From Nannocystis bainbridge (GTDB taxonomy: Bacteria; Myxococcota_A; Polyangia; Nannocystales; Nannocystaceae): a DNA stretch of 64,000 nt. Where the stretch lies: the NCBI RefSeq assembly GCF_028368995.1, contig NZ_JAQNDL010000001.1, forward strand, positions 4,384,001 to 4,448,000, given 5' to 3'. The stretch's first letter is position 1. Each line of letters begins with the position of its first letter. Under the pieces are notes generated by a model that was not told the DNA's origin, ran no database searches, and was given only the letters and a program-made list of their open reading frames with translations. The position numbers and the translations under genes are program-made. Positions 1-11,451 of the stretch are shown here, piece after piece.

Positions 1-1293
1 CTGATCGTCAACTTCGACGGCTGGACCAAGATCGTCGACTTCGGCCTCGTCAAGGCGACCAGGCTGCGCAACAGCAACCATACGGGGCACCTGCGCGGCA
101 AGCTGGCCTACATGGCGCCGGAGCAGGCCCGCGGCAAGCCGCTGTCGGCCGGGACCGACCTGTTCGCGCTCGGGGTGATCTTCTGGGAGATGCTGACGGG
201 GCGGCGGCTGTTCGCCGGCGAAGGCGACGCCGAGACGCTCGAGAGCGTGATGCGCTGCGAGGTGCCGCCGCTGCGAGAGCTGCGACCCGACCTGCCGCCA
301 GGCCTCGATTCGCTGCTGCAGCGTGCGCTGGCGCCGACGCCCGAGGAGCGCTACCCGAGCGCCGAGGCGATGCTGGCCGACATCCGCGCGCTGCTGCGGG
401 AGTGCGGCGACACCAGCGAGCCGCGGCGGGCGCTGGGGGCGATCATGCGCCACCACTTCGCGGAGCAGGCGAAGTACCGCATGGCGGCGATCCGCGGCGC
501 CTCGCGCGGCGAGCTGCGGGCGCGGCCGACTTCGCTCGGGTCGGCGCCGCTGCCGGCCGCGTCGTTGCCGCTGCCGGGCGCGGCCGACGAGCAGACCCAG
601 ACGCGCGTGCTGGCCGACGCGCGCGCGCTGGCACCTGTCCCCGACGACATGTCCTCGCCGACAGATCGGCTGGCGATCGTGCCGACGCGGCGACCGTGGG
701 CGCTGTGGCTGGCGCTGCCGCTGGTGGGCGCGGGGGTGGCGGCGGTGCTGCTGCTGTTCTTGCTGCCGCGCTGGAACGCGCTGCCGCCCGAGCCGGCGAG
801 CCCGCCCGCGCCGCAGCCGCAGCCGCAGGTGCAGCCGCCGCGGCCGAGCACGGTGGTGTGGTTCGTGTCGACCGATCCGGTGGGTGCCACGGTCACCGTC
901 AACAAGGGGCCCGAGTCGGTGCTCGCCGCGCTCGCGCCGCAGCTGGAAGGGCAAGTGACGCCGCTGCGGCTGGTGGTGCCCTACGACGATCAGGCGCAGC
1001 TGCAGCTGACGGTGACGCACTCGGGCTACAAGCCGACCCGGCGCAGCCTCATCCCGATGAACAACGAGAACTTCGTGGTCGAGCTGCAGCCGGAGGCGCC
1101 GGCGCCGGTGCCGACGGTCGCGCCGGTGACGAACACGCTGGCGAACCCGACCCCGAAGAAGAAGCCGCCGGGTGCGAAGAGCCCGGGCGCCGGCGGGAAC
1201 GATGCGACGCCGGCCGCGAGCAAGAGTGAGAAGGGCGAGGAGAGCGAGCTCAAAGACGAGCCGGTCTTCAGCCCCGTCAAGGGTGGCGGATGA
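1..1293 (+). CDS. Membrane Ser/Thr protein kinase (5'-truncated by window) with TM helix and C-terminal PEGA-like region
   Basis: Frame open from base 1: KIVDFGL, GKLAYMAPE, DLFALG, P.ERY kinase motifs; hydrophobic LWLALPLVGAGVAAVLLLFLL; STDPVGATVTVN PEGA-like start. Confidence 0.9.
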   Translation: MIVNFDGWTKIVDFGLVKATRLRNSNHTGHLRGKLAYMAPEQARGKPLSAGTDLFALGVIFWEMLTGRRLFAGEGDAETLESVMRCEVPPLRELRPDLPPGLDSLLQRALAPTPEERYPSAEAMLADIRALLRECGDTSEPRRALGAIMRHHFAEQAKYRMAAIRGASRGELRARPTSLGSAPLPAASLPLPGAADEQTQTRVLADARALAPVPDDMSSPTDRLAIVPTRRPWALWLALPLVGAGVAAVLLLFLLPRWNALPPEPASPPAPQPQPQVQPPRPSTVVWFVSTDPVGATVTVNKGPESVLAALAPQLEGQVTPLRLVVPYDDQAQLQLTVTHSGYKPTRRSLIPMNNENFVVELQPEAPAPVPTVAPVTNTLANPTPKKKPPGAKSPGAGGNDATPAASKSEKGEESELKDEPVFSPVKGGG

Positions 1294-2354
1294 GGCGAGG
1301 CCGCTGGCGATGGCGCCGAGCGACCGCCATGCTCTGCGCCGCGGTGATGACCGCGTCTCCGGTCGTTCAGGCGCAGGAGCCGGCCGCACCGGCGGTGTCG
1401 GAGGAGCCGGCCGCGGAGGGGCCCGAGAGCGCGGACGCACCGGATGCACCGCCCGAGGCGCCGGCCCCGGCGGTCGATCAGGCGGCCGCGCTGGCGTACT
1501 TCCGCGAGGGCAAGCAGCACTACAGCGAGCGCCGCTACGCCGAGGCGGCGCAGGCGTTCGCGCGCTCGCTCGAGGCGGCGTGGTCGATCAACGCGCTCTA
1601 CAACAAGGCACTGTCGCTCGATCGCGCGAGTGACCTGATCGGGGCGCTGCAGGCGTACCTCGACTACCTCCAGCACGCCGAGGCGAAGGACGAGCACCGC
1701 GTGCCCGCGCTCGAACGCAGCGAACAGCTGCGGCAGCGGCTCGGCGAGGTGTTGCTGCAGATCGACAGCCCCGAGGCGATCCGGGAGATCCGGATCAACG
1801 GCGATGCGGTCGACAAGGGCGCCTTCCCGTGGCTCACGCTCCCCGGTTCGCTCGACGTCGAGTTCGTCGGCGAGGCGCCCGGGCAGCGCAAGCACATCCG
1901 CGCCGACGTGCGCGCCGGTGGGTCGGTGACGATCGTGTTCCCCGGGTTCGTGCGGCCCGAGGTGCGGCCGGCGGACTCGCCGAGGCTGCCGCGGTTCGCA
2001 CCGGCGGAGGAGTCGCGGCGCGTCAAGGGGCTGCGCGCGGGCTTTTGGACCACGACGTCGCTCGCGCTCGCGGGCGGCGTGACGGTGGCGATCCTCGGGT
2101 CGCGCGTGCTCCTGGCCCGCGAACGCGCCCGCGCCGGCTGCGACGGCCTGTGCGAGGAGGGCGAGAAGCCGGGGCTGTATCGCACGTTCTACACGCTCCA
2201 GGACACGACCAACGTGGCGATCGTGGTGACGGCGGCGGTCGGGGTGGCCGCGCTGGCGCTGGGCATCGCCCTGCGCCGCGAGCGTGCGCGCCGGCCGGTG
2301 GCGACGCGGGCCGGTCTGCGCTGGCTCGGCTCGGCCGTCGAGCTCACGTTCTGA
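1290..2354 (+). CDS. Exported TPR protein, kinase-associated
   Basis: ATGA overlap with the kinase stop; signal-like N-terminus; TPR helices (YFREGKQHYSERRYAEAAQAF, ALYNKAL); C-terminal hydrophobic segments. Confidence 0.75.
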   Translation: MRRGRWRWRRATAMLCAAVMTASPVVQAQEPAAPAVSEEPAAEGPESADAPDAPPEAPAPAVDQAAALAYFREGKQHYSERRYAEAAQAFARSLEAAWSINALYNKALSLDRASDLIGALQAYLDYLQHAEAKDEHRVPALERSEQLRQRLGEVLLQIDSPEAIREIRINGDAVDKGAFPWLTLPGSLDVEFVGEAPGQRKHIRADVRAGGSVTIVFPGFVRPEVRPADSPRLPRFAPAEESRRVKGLRAGFWTTTSLALAGGVTVAILGSRVLLARERARAGCDGLCEEGEKPGLYRTFYTLQDTTNVAIVVTAAVGVAALALGIALRRERARRPVATRAGLRWLGSAVELTF

Positions 2355-2383
2355 GGCGCTTGCACCGGCGCGTCCGGGCTGCC

Positions 2384-3634
2384 ATGACTCACCCCATGCA
2401 AGAGCGCCGGTGGCCGACCTATGCCCTCCGCGACCTCGTCCTCGACGAAGCGGTGCCCGACGAGCGCGGCTCGCTGCGCGTGCGTGACAGCGCCGGTCGG
2501 GTCTACCTCGACGCGGTGAACGGCGTCGGCTGTGCGCCGCTCGGCCACGCGCACCCGCGGTGGGTCGAGGCCCTGACGGCGCAGATGCAGCGCCTGAGCG
2601 CCGCCGCCAACTCGTTCAGCACCGCGCCGCAGCAGCGCTTCGCCGCCGAGATCGCCGCGCGGGTGCCGGTCGTCGACGCGCGGGCGTTCATCGCCACCAC
2701 CGGCACCGAGACCACCGAGGCGGCCCTGAAGCTCGCGCTGCGGGCGACCGGGCGCAACACGATCGTCGCGTTCGAGCGGGCCTTCCACGGCCGCTCGCTC
2801 GGGGCGCTGGCGTGCACGGCCAACACCGCCTACCGCCACCCGTACGTGCGCTGCCTCGGCGAGAGCGAGCCCGCCGAGCCGTTCGCCACCGCGCGAGTGC
2901 TGCGCCTGCCGTTCGGCGACCTCGAAGCGCTGCGCCGGACCTTCGCCGAGCACGGGGCCGCGATCGCGGCGGTCTTCATCGAGACGATCCAGGGCGAGGC
3001 GGGCGTGTATCCGGCCACGCGCGAGTTCCTGGTCGGGCTGCACCAGCTGTGCCGCGAGCACGGCGCGCTGGTCGGCGCCGACGAGGTGCAGTGCGGCTTC
3101 GGGCGCACCGGTTCGTGGTCGGCCTGGTCGCACATCGTCGGCGACGATCCGTCGCTCGCGCCCGACCTGATGTGGATCGCCAAGGCGCTCGGCGGCGGGT
3201 TCCCGATCGGCGTGTGCCTCGCGCGCGGCGACCTGGCGCAGGCGATGGGCAAGGGCACCCACGGCACGACCTTCGGCGGCAACCCGCTGGCGTGCGCCGC
3301 GGCGCTCGCCAGCATCGACATCCTCGAGCGCGACGGCCTGCTCGCCGCCGCCGGGGCCCAGCTGCCGACGCTGCAGGCGATCGCCCGCGAAGAGCCGTGC
3401 GCGCGGGTGAGCGAGATCCGCGGCCACGGGGCGCTGATCGGCGTGCAGGTCGGAAAGCCCGGCGAGCAGATCGCCACCGCCGTCGGCGACCGCATGATGC
3501 GCGACCACGGCATCCTCGTCACCGTCTGCGGCGGCCACACGATCCGCCTGCTGCTGCCCTACCGCGCCGGCGCCGAGGAGCTGCGAGAGGTGTGGCGCGC
3601 GATCAGCCGCTCGCTGGAGTCCGAAGCAACATGA
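2384..3634 (+). CDS. argD: Class III PLP aminotransferase, acetylornithine aminotransferase-like
   Basis: LGHAHP, FHGRS, ETIQGEAG, DEVQCGFGRTG, AKALGGG (PLP Lys), HGTTFGGNPLAC; start set at MTHPM; substrate uncertain. Confidence 0.75.
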   Translation: MTHPMQERRWPTYALRDLVLDEAVPDERGSLRVRDSAGRVYLDAVNGVGCAPLGHAHPRWVEALTAQMQRLSAAANSFSTAPQQRFAAEIAARVPVVDARAFIATTGTETTEAALKLALRATGRNTIVAFERAFHGRSLGALACTANTAYRHPYVRCLGESEPAEPFATARVLRLPFGDLEALRRTFAEHGAAIAAVFIETIQGEAGVYPATREFLVGLHQLCREHGALVGADEVQCGFGRTGSWSAWSHIVGDDPSLAPDLMWIAKALGGGFPIGVCLARGDLAQAMGKGTHGTTFGGNPLACAAALASIDILERDGLLAAAGAQLPTLQAIAREEPCARVSEIRGHGALIGVQVGKPGEQIATAVGDRMMRDHGILVTVCGGHTIRLLLPYRAGAEELREVWRAISRSLESEAT

Positions 3635-4398
3635 CCTTCAAGCAATGTCCTAAGCAACATGTCCTGATGGCCATATCGCTGCTCGCGCCGCTCGAGCTCG
3701 GGTGCAAGCGCGAGGCCAGCGAGGCGCCCGAGTCGACGGCGGTGGCGGAGCCCGAGGCGCCCGTGCAGCAGCCGGTCGAGGCGCCCGCGAGCGAGCCGGT
3801 CGAGGCGCCCGCGCGCGACACGGCGCCCGCCGACAAGCCGCCGGGCGACGTGGTGGCCGCGAACGTGCCGACCGCCGAGCCCGCGGGCGAGGTCAAGCCG
3901 GCGACCGCGAGCGCCCTGCCTGCGGCGCTGCACACCAAGGTCGACGACTCGTGCGGGCGCGACGCCGGTGTCGGCACGAGCGCGCTGCCGTTCGCGCTCA
4001 AGACCGCCGAGGGCAAGGACATCAGCATGGCGAGCCTGCGCGGCAAGGTCGTGCTGCTCAACTTCTGGGGCACGTGGTGTAAGCCGTGCCTCAAGGAGCT
4101 GCCGGAGTTCGACCGGCTGATCCGTCACTACAAGAAGCAGGGCGCGGTGCTGGTCGCCGTGGCCACCGACACCGAGCCGGAGAAGGTGCTCGAGTTCGCC
4201 AAGGAGCGGAGGATCTCCGCCAAGCTGGTGCTCGGCGGCGAGGACCTGGCCAAGCAGTATGACAGCCCCAACTTCCCGTTCTCGTTCGTGGTCGACGAGA
4301 AGGGCACGATCCGCGGCTCGTACCGCAGCTACAAGCCGGAGTGCATCGGGCGGATCGAGCAAGACATCCGCACGAGCCTCGAGCAGAAGAAGCGCTAG
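3631..4398 (+). CDS. TlpA/ResA-family thiol-disulfide oxidoreductase lipoprotein
   Basis: LRGKVVLLNFWGTWCKPC thioredoxin CxxC motif; LGC lipobox-like; ATGA overlap with upstream gene. Confidence 0.85.
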   Translation: MTFKQCPKQHVLMAISLLAPLELGCKREASEAPESTAVAEPEAPVQQPVEAPASEPVEAPARDTAPADKPPGDVVAANVPTAEPAGEVKPATASALPAALHTKVDDSCGRDAGVGTSALPFALKTAEGKDISMASLRGKVVLLNFWGTWCKPCLKELPEFDRLIRHYKKQGAVLVAVATDTEPEKVLEFAKERRISAKLVLGGEDLAKQYDSPNFPFSFVVDEKGTIRGSYRSYKPECIGRIEQDIRTSLEQKKR

Positions 4399-4483
4399 CG
4401 ATCGACGTGGAGGCCGGCGCTCTCGTCGAACCGAGAGCGCCTTCCTGCTGCCTGATGCGCCGAACCTGTCTTCGCCGCTCGGC

Positions 4484-5425
4484 TCACGAGAACTCGACGA
4501 CTCGCTTCTTCCGCAGCTCGACGACCAGCTTGGTGAGGGCCAGGTCGTCCTGCGGGTACGCGTCGAGGATGTACGACCAGGTCCGGCCCTCGGCGAGGTC
4601 TTGCACGACGTCGAGCTGCTCGCGCGGCAGCGTGTGCCAGCGGACGGGCGACGGCTGGATCAGCGCCACCTCGGCGCCGTACGTCGGCACGGGTGTCTTT
4701 TCGGCCAGGTGGAGGATCTCGTCCTGCTGGCGGGCCGACTCCATCAGGATGTGCTCGATCGCCGAGCGGATCTCCTGCGCCGGTGCGTGCTCCGGGGCCG
4801 CGTTCTCGAGCGCGAACGTCCCGCGCTTCCACGCCAGCATCCGCATCAGCGCCTTCTCGGGCAGCAGCGCCGCGGCGCTCTTGTCGATCGTCGCCGAGAA
4901 CGCGTGGCCGTCGCGCAGGTGCACCCGACCGGTCTGGACGGTGTCGAGGTTGCGCACGTTGAGGGTCCCGGTCTTGCGGCTGGCCGCCAGCCACTGCAGC
5001 ACGTCGACCAGCGGGATCTCCTCGATGCTCCCCGTCATCGAGCGGTTGGAGAAGTCGACCGTCGTCGGCGTGCGGTGCTTCTTCTCGCCGGCGCGCGGGG
5101 CGGCGCCGACCTGGCTCGGCTTGGCGACCACCACGCTCATGAGGCTGCCGCCGATGGAGATGCGGTCGCCGGCGCGGAGGCAGTGGCGCTGGACGGCGCC
5201 GCCGTTGACGTGCACCCCGTTGCGCGAGCCGAGATCGCGGACCCACACGCGCTGGCGTTCGGCGAAGAAGCGGGCGTGCTTGCGGCTCACGGCGTCGTCG
5301 GCGAGCACGAGGTCCGATTCGCTGCTGCGGCCGACGATGTAGTGGTCCTTGTCGGCGTCCAGGGGAAACTCTTCGCCCTTGTACTTGCCCGTCAGGAACT
5401 TGAGGACGTGAATTTCCGCACTCAT
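4484..5425 (-). CDS. FHA domain plus DUF4388 (PatA_N-like) signalling protein
   Basis: GR...VSRKHA...DLGSRNG FHA motif; MTGSIEEIPLVDVLQWLAASRKTGTL is typical of DUF4388. Confidence 0.85.
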   Translation of the reverse strand: MSAEIHVLKFLTGKYKGEEFPLDADKDHYIVGRSSESDLVLADDAVSRKHARFFAERQRVWVRDLGSRNGVHVNGGAVQRHCLRAGDRISIGGSLMSVVVAKPSQVGAAPRAGEKKHRTPTTVDFSNRSMTGSIEEIPLVDVLQWLAASRKTGTLNVRNLDTVQTGRVHLRDGHAFSATIDKSAAALLPEKALMRMLAWKRGTFALENAAPEHAPAQEIRSAIEHILMESARQQDEILHLAEKTPVPTYGAEVALIQPSPVRWHTLPREQLDVVQDLAEGRTWSYILDAYPQDDLALTKLVVELRKKRVVEFS

Positions 5426-5678
5426 GAGCGCACCCTCGAGCATAGGTTTGGAGCCACACCCGCGTCAACGCTGTGCGGTGGCGGATGAGGGAGATCAGGA
5501 CGCGGGGTCGGGGCGCAAAACCCGTGACGGCGCACACGGGTGGGCGCTCCCGCGATCGTGCTGCGCGGCGCTGCTCGGCCGCAGCGGCGTCGCCAGCGCC
5601 CATGCGTGGCCGCGCCTACCAATAAACGCTAGGCTTTGGCGTCAACCCTCAGCCTCTTCACGAGGTGGAGTCACGGTC

Positions 5679-7289
5679 ATGAACAAGCGTCCCTGGATCG
5701 GCCCCGTGAGCGCACTGGCGCTCGTGCTTTCGTTCGCTGGCGGTTGCACGCGGAGCGTGGGGGCTGGGGTGGTCCATCCCGACGAGATCCCGCGGACCGT
5801 GGCGGCCGCGCCGGCGGCCTACGAGACGGTTTACGTGCAGAGCCAGGCGTACGCCACCCCGACCGGGGCGCCGCAGGCCAACGGTTACGCGATTCCGGGC
5901 GAGGCGCCGGTCGACCCCGAGGCGCAGACCCAGGCCAACATCGCCAACCCGCCGGGCCTGGTCGGCACCGAGACGCTGAGCGACGGGCAGCAGGTCCAGG
6001 TCGTGACGTACGTGCACACGTACCCCGAGGCGATCGAGACCTACCCGCGGGTGTGGTGGTCCGATCGTTGGTACTACAACATCAACGGCAACTTCGTTTA
6101 CTACAGCCCGTACTACAGCAACTGGGTGTACTACTGGGGCCCGCCGTCGCCGCTGGTGTACGCGTGGAACTACTACTACCCGTGGGTCCCGTACTCGTAC
6201 GGCTGGGGCTTCTACGGCAACGGCTGGTACTGGGGCGGGCCGGGCTACTGGGGCTACCACGCGTGGGGCCGGCCGCCGTCGTACTACTACAACTACTACC
6301 CGCACGACCCGGGCTCGGTGCGGCACACGACGCCGAGCACCGGCGGGCCGACGGGCGGCACGCGGCACTCGATGAACGCGTCGCAGGGCGGGCCGACGGG
6401 CAACCAGGGCTTCGGCGACAAGCTCGGCCGTCCGAACGGCAACAACGGCGGCATGGCCCCGGGGGCAGGTCGACCGACCGATCTCTCGGCCGGTCCGCAG
6501 GCCGGCGGCATGGGTGCGGGCGCCAGCGGGCCGCGCGGGCTGGCTGCGGCGCCCGAGGGCGGTCGCGGCGGCCTCGGCCCGGGCGGTCAGGCGGGGGGTC
6601 CCGCCAACCTCGCGGCTCCGAACACGCGCCCGAGTCAGCTGCCCCAAGGGCCAGGTTCGTGGACCGCCAGCGGCACGCGCACGGTCACCGGCTCGAGCGC
6701 GAGCTACCCGAACATGCCGATGTCGAGCGGGGCTCGCCCCGGCGGCGAGGCTGGCGGACGCGGCTACGCGGCTCCGGGGGCCGGCGGTCTTTCGGCCGGC
6801 GGCTCCAAGGCCACCGGCGGCATGAACGCGACCTACCGCCCGACCTACGCGCCTCCGGGCACGAGCGGCGGCGGCGAGCGCGGGACGATGGCGGCCGGCG
6901 CGGCGCGGCCGAGCAGCGGCGGCGGGTTCGCGTCGTCGCAAGCGACCTACGTGCCTGCCACCTCCGGCTCACGCGGCGGGCCGCGCAGCGCGACGAGCTC
7001 GTTCGGTGACAGCGGCGGCGGTTGGGGCGGCGCGCGCGGGACGGGCTCGACCTTCAGCGGCGGCAGCCGTGGCGGGTTCAGCGGCGGCTCGAGCGGCGGG
7101 TTCAACGGCGGCGGCGGCAGCGGCTTCGGCGGCAGTCGCGGCGGCTTCAGCAGCGGCGGCGGTGGCGGCGGCGGCTTCAGCGGCGGAGGCGGCGGCGGCG
7201 GCGGTGGCTTCAGCGGCGGAGGCGGCGGAGGCGGCGGCGGCCGTGGTGGCGGCGGAGGCTTCAGCGGCGGCGGCGGTCGCGGCCGCTGA
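5679..7289 (+). CDS. Lipoprotein with Tyr/Trp-rich core and long Gly-rich low-complexity tail
   Basis: GGAG RBS before ATG 5679; FAGGC lipobox; YYWGPP/YGWGFYG region; GGFSGG repeats. Confidence 0.75.
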   Translation: MNKRPWIGPVSALALVLSFAGGCTRSVGAGVVHPDEIPRTVAAAPAAYETVYVQSQAYATPTGAPQANGYAIPGEAPVDPEAQTQANIANPPGLVGTETLSDGQQVQVVTYVHTYPEAIETYPRVWWSDRWYYNINGNFVYYSPYYSNWVYYWGPPSPLVYAWNYYYPWVPYSYGWGFYGNGWYWGGPGYWGYHAWGRPPSYYYNYYPHDPGSVRHTTPSTGGPTGGTRHSMNASQGGPTGNQGFGDKLGRPNGNNGGMAPGAGRPTDLSAGPQAGGMGAGASGPRGLAAAPEGGRGGLGPGGQAGGPANLAAPNTRPSQLPQGPGSWTASGTRTVTGSSASYPNMPMSSGARPGGEAGGRGYAAPGAGGLSAGGSKATGGMNATYRPTYAPPGTSGGGERGTMAAGAARPSSGGGFASSQATYVPATSGSRGGPRSATSSFGDSGGGWGGARGTGSTFSGGSRGGFSGGSSGGFNGGGGSGFGGSRGGFSSGGGGGGGFSGGGGGGGGGFSGGGGGGGGGRGGGGGFSGGGGRGR

Positions 7290-7320
7290 TCGTCGACCCT
7301 CGACCGGACGATGCCACGAA

Positions 7321-7345
7321 GACCCGCTCTCCCCGAGGGCGGGTC
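7321..7345 (+). terminator. GC-rich hairpin downstream of the Gly-rich lipoprotein gene
   Basis: GACCCGCTCT...AGGGCGGGTC inverted repeat; no U-tract. Confidence 0.4.
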
Positions 7346-7498
7346 TCGTCGCGTCGGGGGCATGCCCCGGGCGAGATGTCCCAAGGGACATGTCGATCGC
7401 TAGACAAGAGCGGCCTGAGCAGTGCCAGGTCGGGCAATCAAATGTCCCAGGGGACAGGTCGGCTTGAGCGCGCGGGTCGGCTTTGTTAAACCTTTAGA

Positions 7499-8242
7499 GT
7501 GCTGATCATCGAGCCCGTCCCGTGTCTGCGCGACAACTACGCGTACCTGCTGCGCGATGCCGACTCGAGCGACGTCTGGCTGGTCGATCCATCGGAGGCC
7601 GGGCCGCCGGCGCGGGCGATCGCGGCGGCGGGCGGGCGGCTGAGGGGGATCCTCGCAACCCATCACCATCACGATCACGTCGGTGGCATCGACGAGCTCG
7701 TGGGCGACGACGCTGACGTGTGGGTCGCCGGGCACGCCAGTGATCGCGGACGGATCCCCCGTCAGACCGTGTTCGCCGACGCGGCGATCGATGCATGGCT
7801 GGACAGCGGCCTCGTGCTCGCGGGGCGGCGCTTGCTGGGGCTGCACATCCCCGGGCACACCAGCGGCGCGATCGCCTGGCGGCTGGTCGGCGAGGGTGGC
7901 GAGCCCGACGACGTGTTCACCGGCGACACCCTGTTCGCGGCCGGTTGTGGTCGCCTGTTCGAAGGGACACCCGCGCAGATGCACCGGAGCCTGCAGCAGC
8001 TGACTTCGCTGGGCGGCTCGACGCGGCTGTGGTTCGGCCACGAGTACACGGCGGGCAACTTGCGCTTCGCGGCGGTGGTCGAGCCCGACAACCGGGCGAT
8101 CGCCGAGCGAGCGGCGGCGCTGCCGAGCCGCACCACGCCGACCACCGAGGCCGACGAGCGGGCGACCAACCCGTTCGTCCGCGCGAGCTCGGTCGAGGAG
8201 CTGGCGGCGCGTCGCAAAGCGAAGGACGAGTTCCGCGGCTGA
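7499..8242 (+). CDS. gloB: Hydroxyacylglutathione hydrolase (glyoxalase II)
   Basis: DNYAY, THHHHDHVGG, PGHT, FTGDTLFAAGCGRLFEG, GHEYT, E..TNPF motifs. Confidence 0.93.
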   Translation: MLIIEPVPCLRDNYAYLLRDADSSDVWLVDPSEAGPPARAIAAAGGRLRGILATHHHHDHVGGIDELVGDDADVWVAGHASDRGRIPRQTVFADAAIDAWLDSGLVLAGRRLLGLHIPGHTSGAIAWRLVGEGGEPDDVFTGDTLFAAGCGRLFEGTPAQMHRSLQQLTSLGGSTRLWFGHEYTAGNLRFAAVVEPDNRAIAERAAALPSRTTPTTEADERATNPFVRASSVEELAARRKAKDEFRG

Positions 8243-8402
8243 GCCTGCGGGTCGCTCGCTCACGCTGCGGTGCGAGGCTGACTGCGGCTGAGCCTGTCGG
8301 CGAATCGGGATCTGCTCACCGTACGCCGCGGCTTTGTCGCCGGCTCAGGGAGCACTCGGCGGCGGGCGGGTCACGTCATCTCGCAGCGAACCAATAAAAA
8401 GC

Positions 8403-8481
<79 letters not shown>

Positions 8482-8507
8482 ATAAGTACCGGTTGTTGAG
8501 GCCGGTG

Positions 8508-8592
8508 CGGAGAGGGAGGGATTCGAACCCTCGGTGGGTTGCCCCACACAAGATTTCCAATCTTGCACCTTAGACCACTCGGACACCTCTCC
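8508..8592 (-). tRNA. tRNA-Ser(GGA)
   Basis: GGAGAGG acceptor stem, CAAGA-TTGGAAA-TCTTG anticodon arm, long variable arm, GGTTCGAATCC; no encoded CCA. Confidence 0.95.
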
Positions 8593-8639
8593 GGGTGTTC
8601 TGGTTTGCTGTGTGGGGCTTCTTCTCGGAGGAAAACTTG

Positions 8640-8724
8640 CGGAGAGGGTGGGATTCGAACCCACGGTGACTTTCGCCACACCAGATTTCGAGTCTGGCAC
8701 CTTCGACCACTCGGACACCTCTCC
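8640..8724 (-). tRNA. tRNA-Ser(CGA)
   Basis: CCAGA-CTCGAAA-TCTGG anticodon arm, long variable arm, T-loop GTTCGAATC. Confidence 0.95.
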
Positions 8725-8728
8725 AGGT

Positions 8729-8768
8729 GGCGGGGCGCGGACATTACCAGAATTTTTAAAGAGGTCCA
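8729..8768 (-). promoter_or_regulatory. Sigma70-type promoter of the tRNA-Ser/tRNA-Ser/ffs transcript
   Basis: Minus strand TGGACC-16 nt AT-rich-TAATGT with extended TG and a GC-rich discriminator. Confidence 0.55.
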
Positions 8769-8885
8769 GCCCTTGGGCGCGGCGAGCGGGGCGCTTCGGC
8801 GGGGTCCGGGTGAGACGGTGCGTGAGGAACGGCGCATGTCCGGGGGCGGCGCCTGGGCGAGGAGCACGCACACTCCAGATCGGCC

Positions 8886-10928
<2,043 letters not shown>

Positions 10929-10942
10929 ACTCGGGCGGCGCG

Positions 10943-11224
10943 ATGCCCTACGTCGAGTACGCCTGCGAAGGCCGCCTGCTGTTCCGCACCGAGACCACCG
11001 AGGACGTGCAGTTCGTCCCGCGGATCCACGAGGTCGTCGTCATCGACGACGTGCCGTACCAGGTCGTCGACGTCGAGTACTGGGCCCGCCGGCTCGGCTC
11101 GACCGACCGCCGCCTGGTCTGCCCCACCGTCTACGTCGTGCCGATCGCCGGCGTCGAGTGGGAGCAGCGGCTCGAGCGCCGGGTCCCGCGCAACAAGGAC
11201 GGCAAGCCGCCCACGCGCTACTGA
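10943..11224 (+). CDS. Small hypothetical protein (93 aa)
   Basis: ATG 15 nt after the upstream stop; typical GC3-rich codons (MPYVEYACEGRLLF...). Confidence 0.7.
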   Translation: MPYVEYACEGRLLFRTETTEDVQFVPRIHEVVVIDDVPYQVVDVEYWARRLGSTDRRLVCPTVYVVPIAGVEWEQRLERRVPRNKDGKPPTRY

Positions 11225-11230
11225 CCTTTC

Positions 11231-11296
11231 GGGCATGTTTAAAGGGACATGTGCCGACGGGCATGCCCCGAAGAGCATGCCCGTGAGCACATGTCC
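11231..11296. repeat. Array of 14-bp palindromic units
   Basis: CATG junctions at 11234, 11248, 11262, 11276, 11290 (exact 14-bp period). Confidence 0.9.
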
Positions 11297-11319
11297 CGAA
11301 GGACCAGAGATCGAACTAG

Positions 11320-11406
11320 CGGAGGAGGAGGGATTCGAACCCTCGGTGCCCTTGCGGACACGGCGGATTTCAAGTCCGCTGCCTTAGACCGCTCGGCCAC
11401 TCCTCC
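11320..11406 (-). tRNA. tRNA-Ser(TGA)
   Basis: GGAGGAG acceptor, GCGGA-CTTGAAA-TCCGC anticodon arm, long variable arm. Confidence 0.95.
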
Positions 11407-11451
11407 GGCGGGGCCGCGAGTATCGACAAGCCGGGCCCGCGCGTAAAGCCC

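Noticed and set aside
11231-11296. Array junctions read RRRCATGYYY, identical to the p53 half-site consensus
   Set aside because: Bacterial context. Isolated copies show the unit is TGTC-N6-GACA and the CATG arises where units abut, so the resemblance is treated as coincidence.
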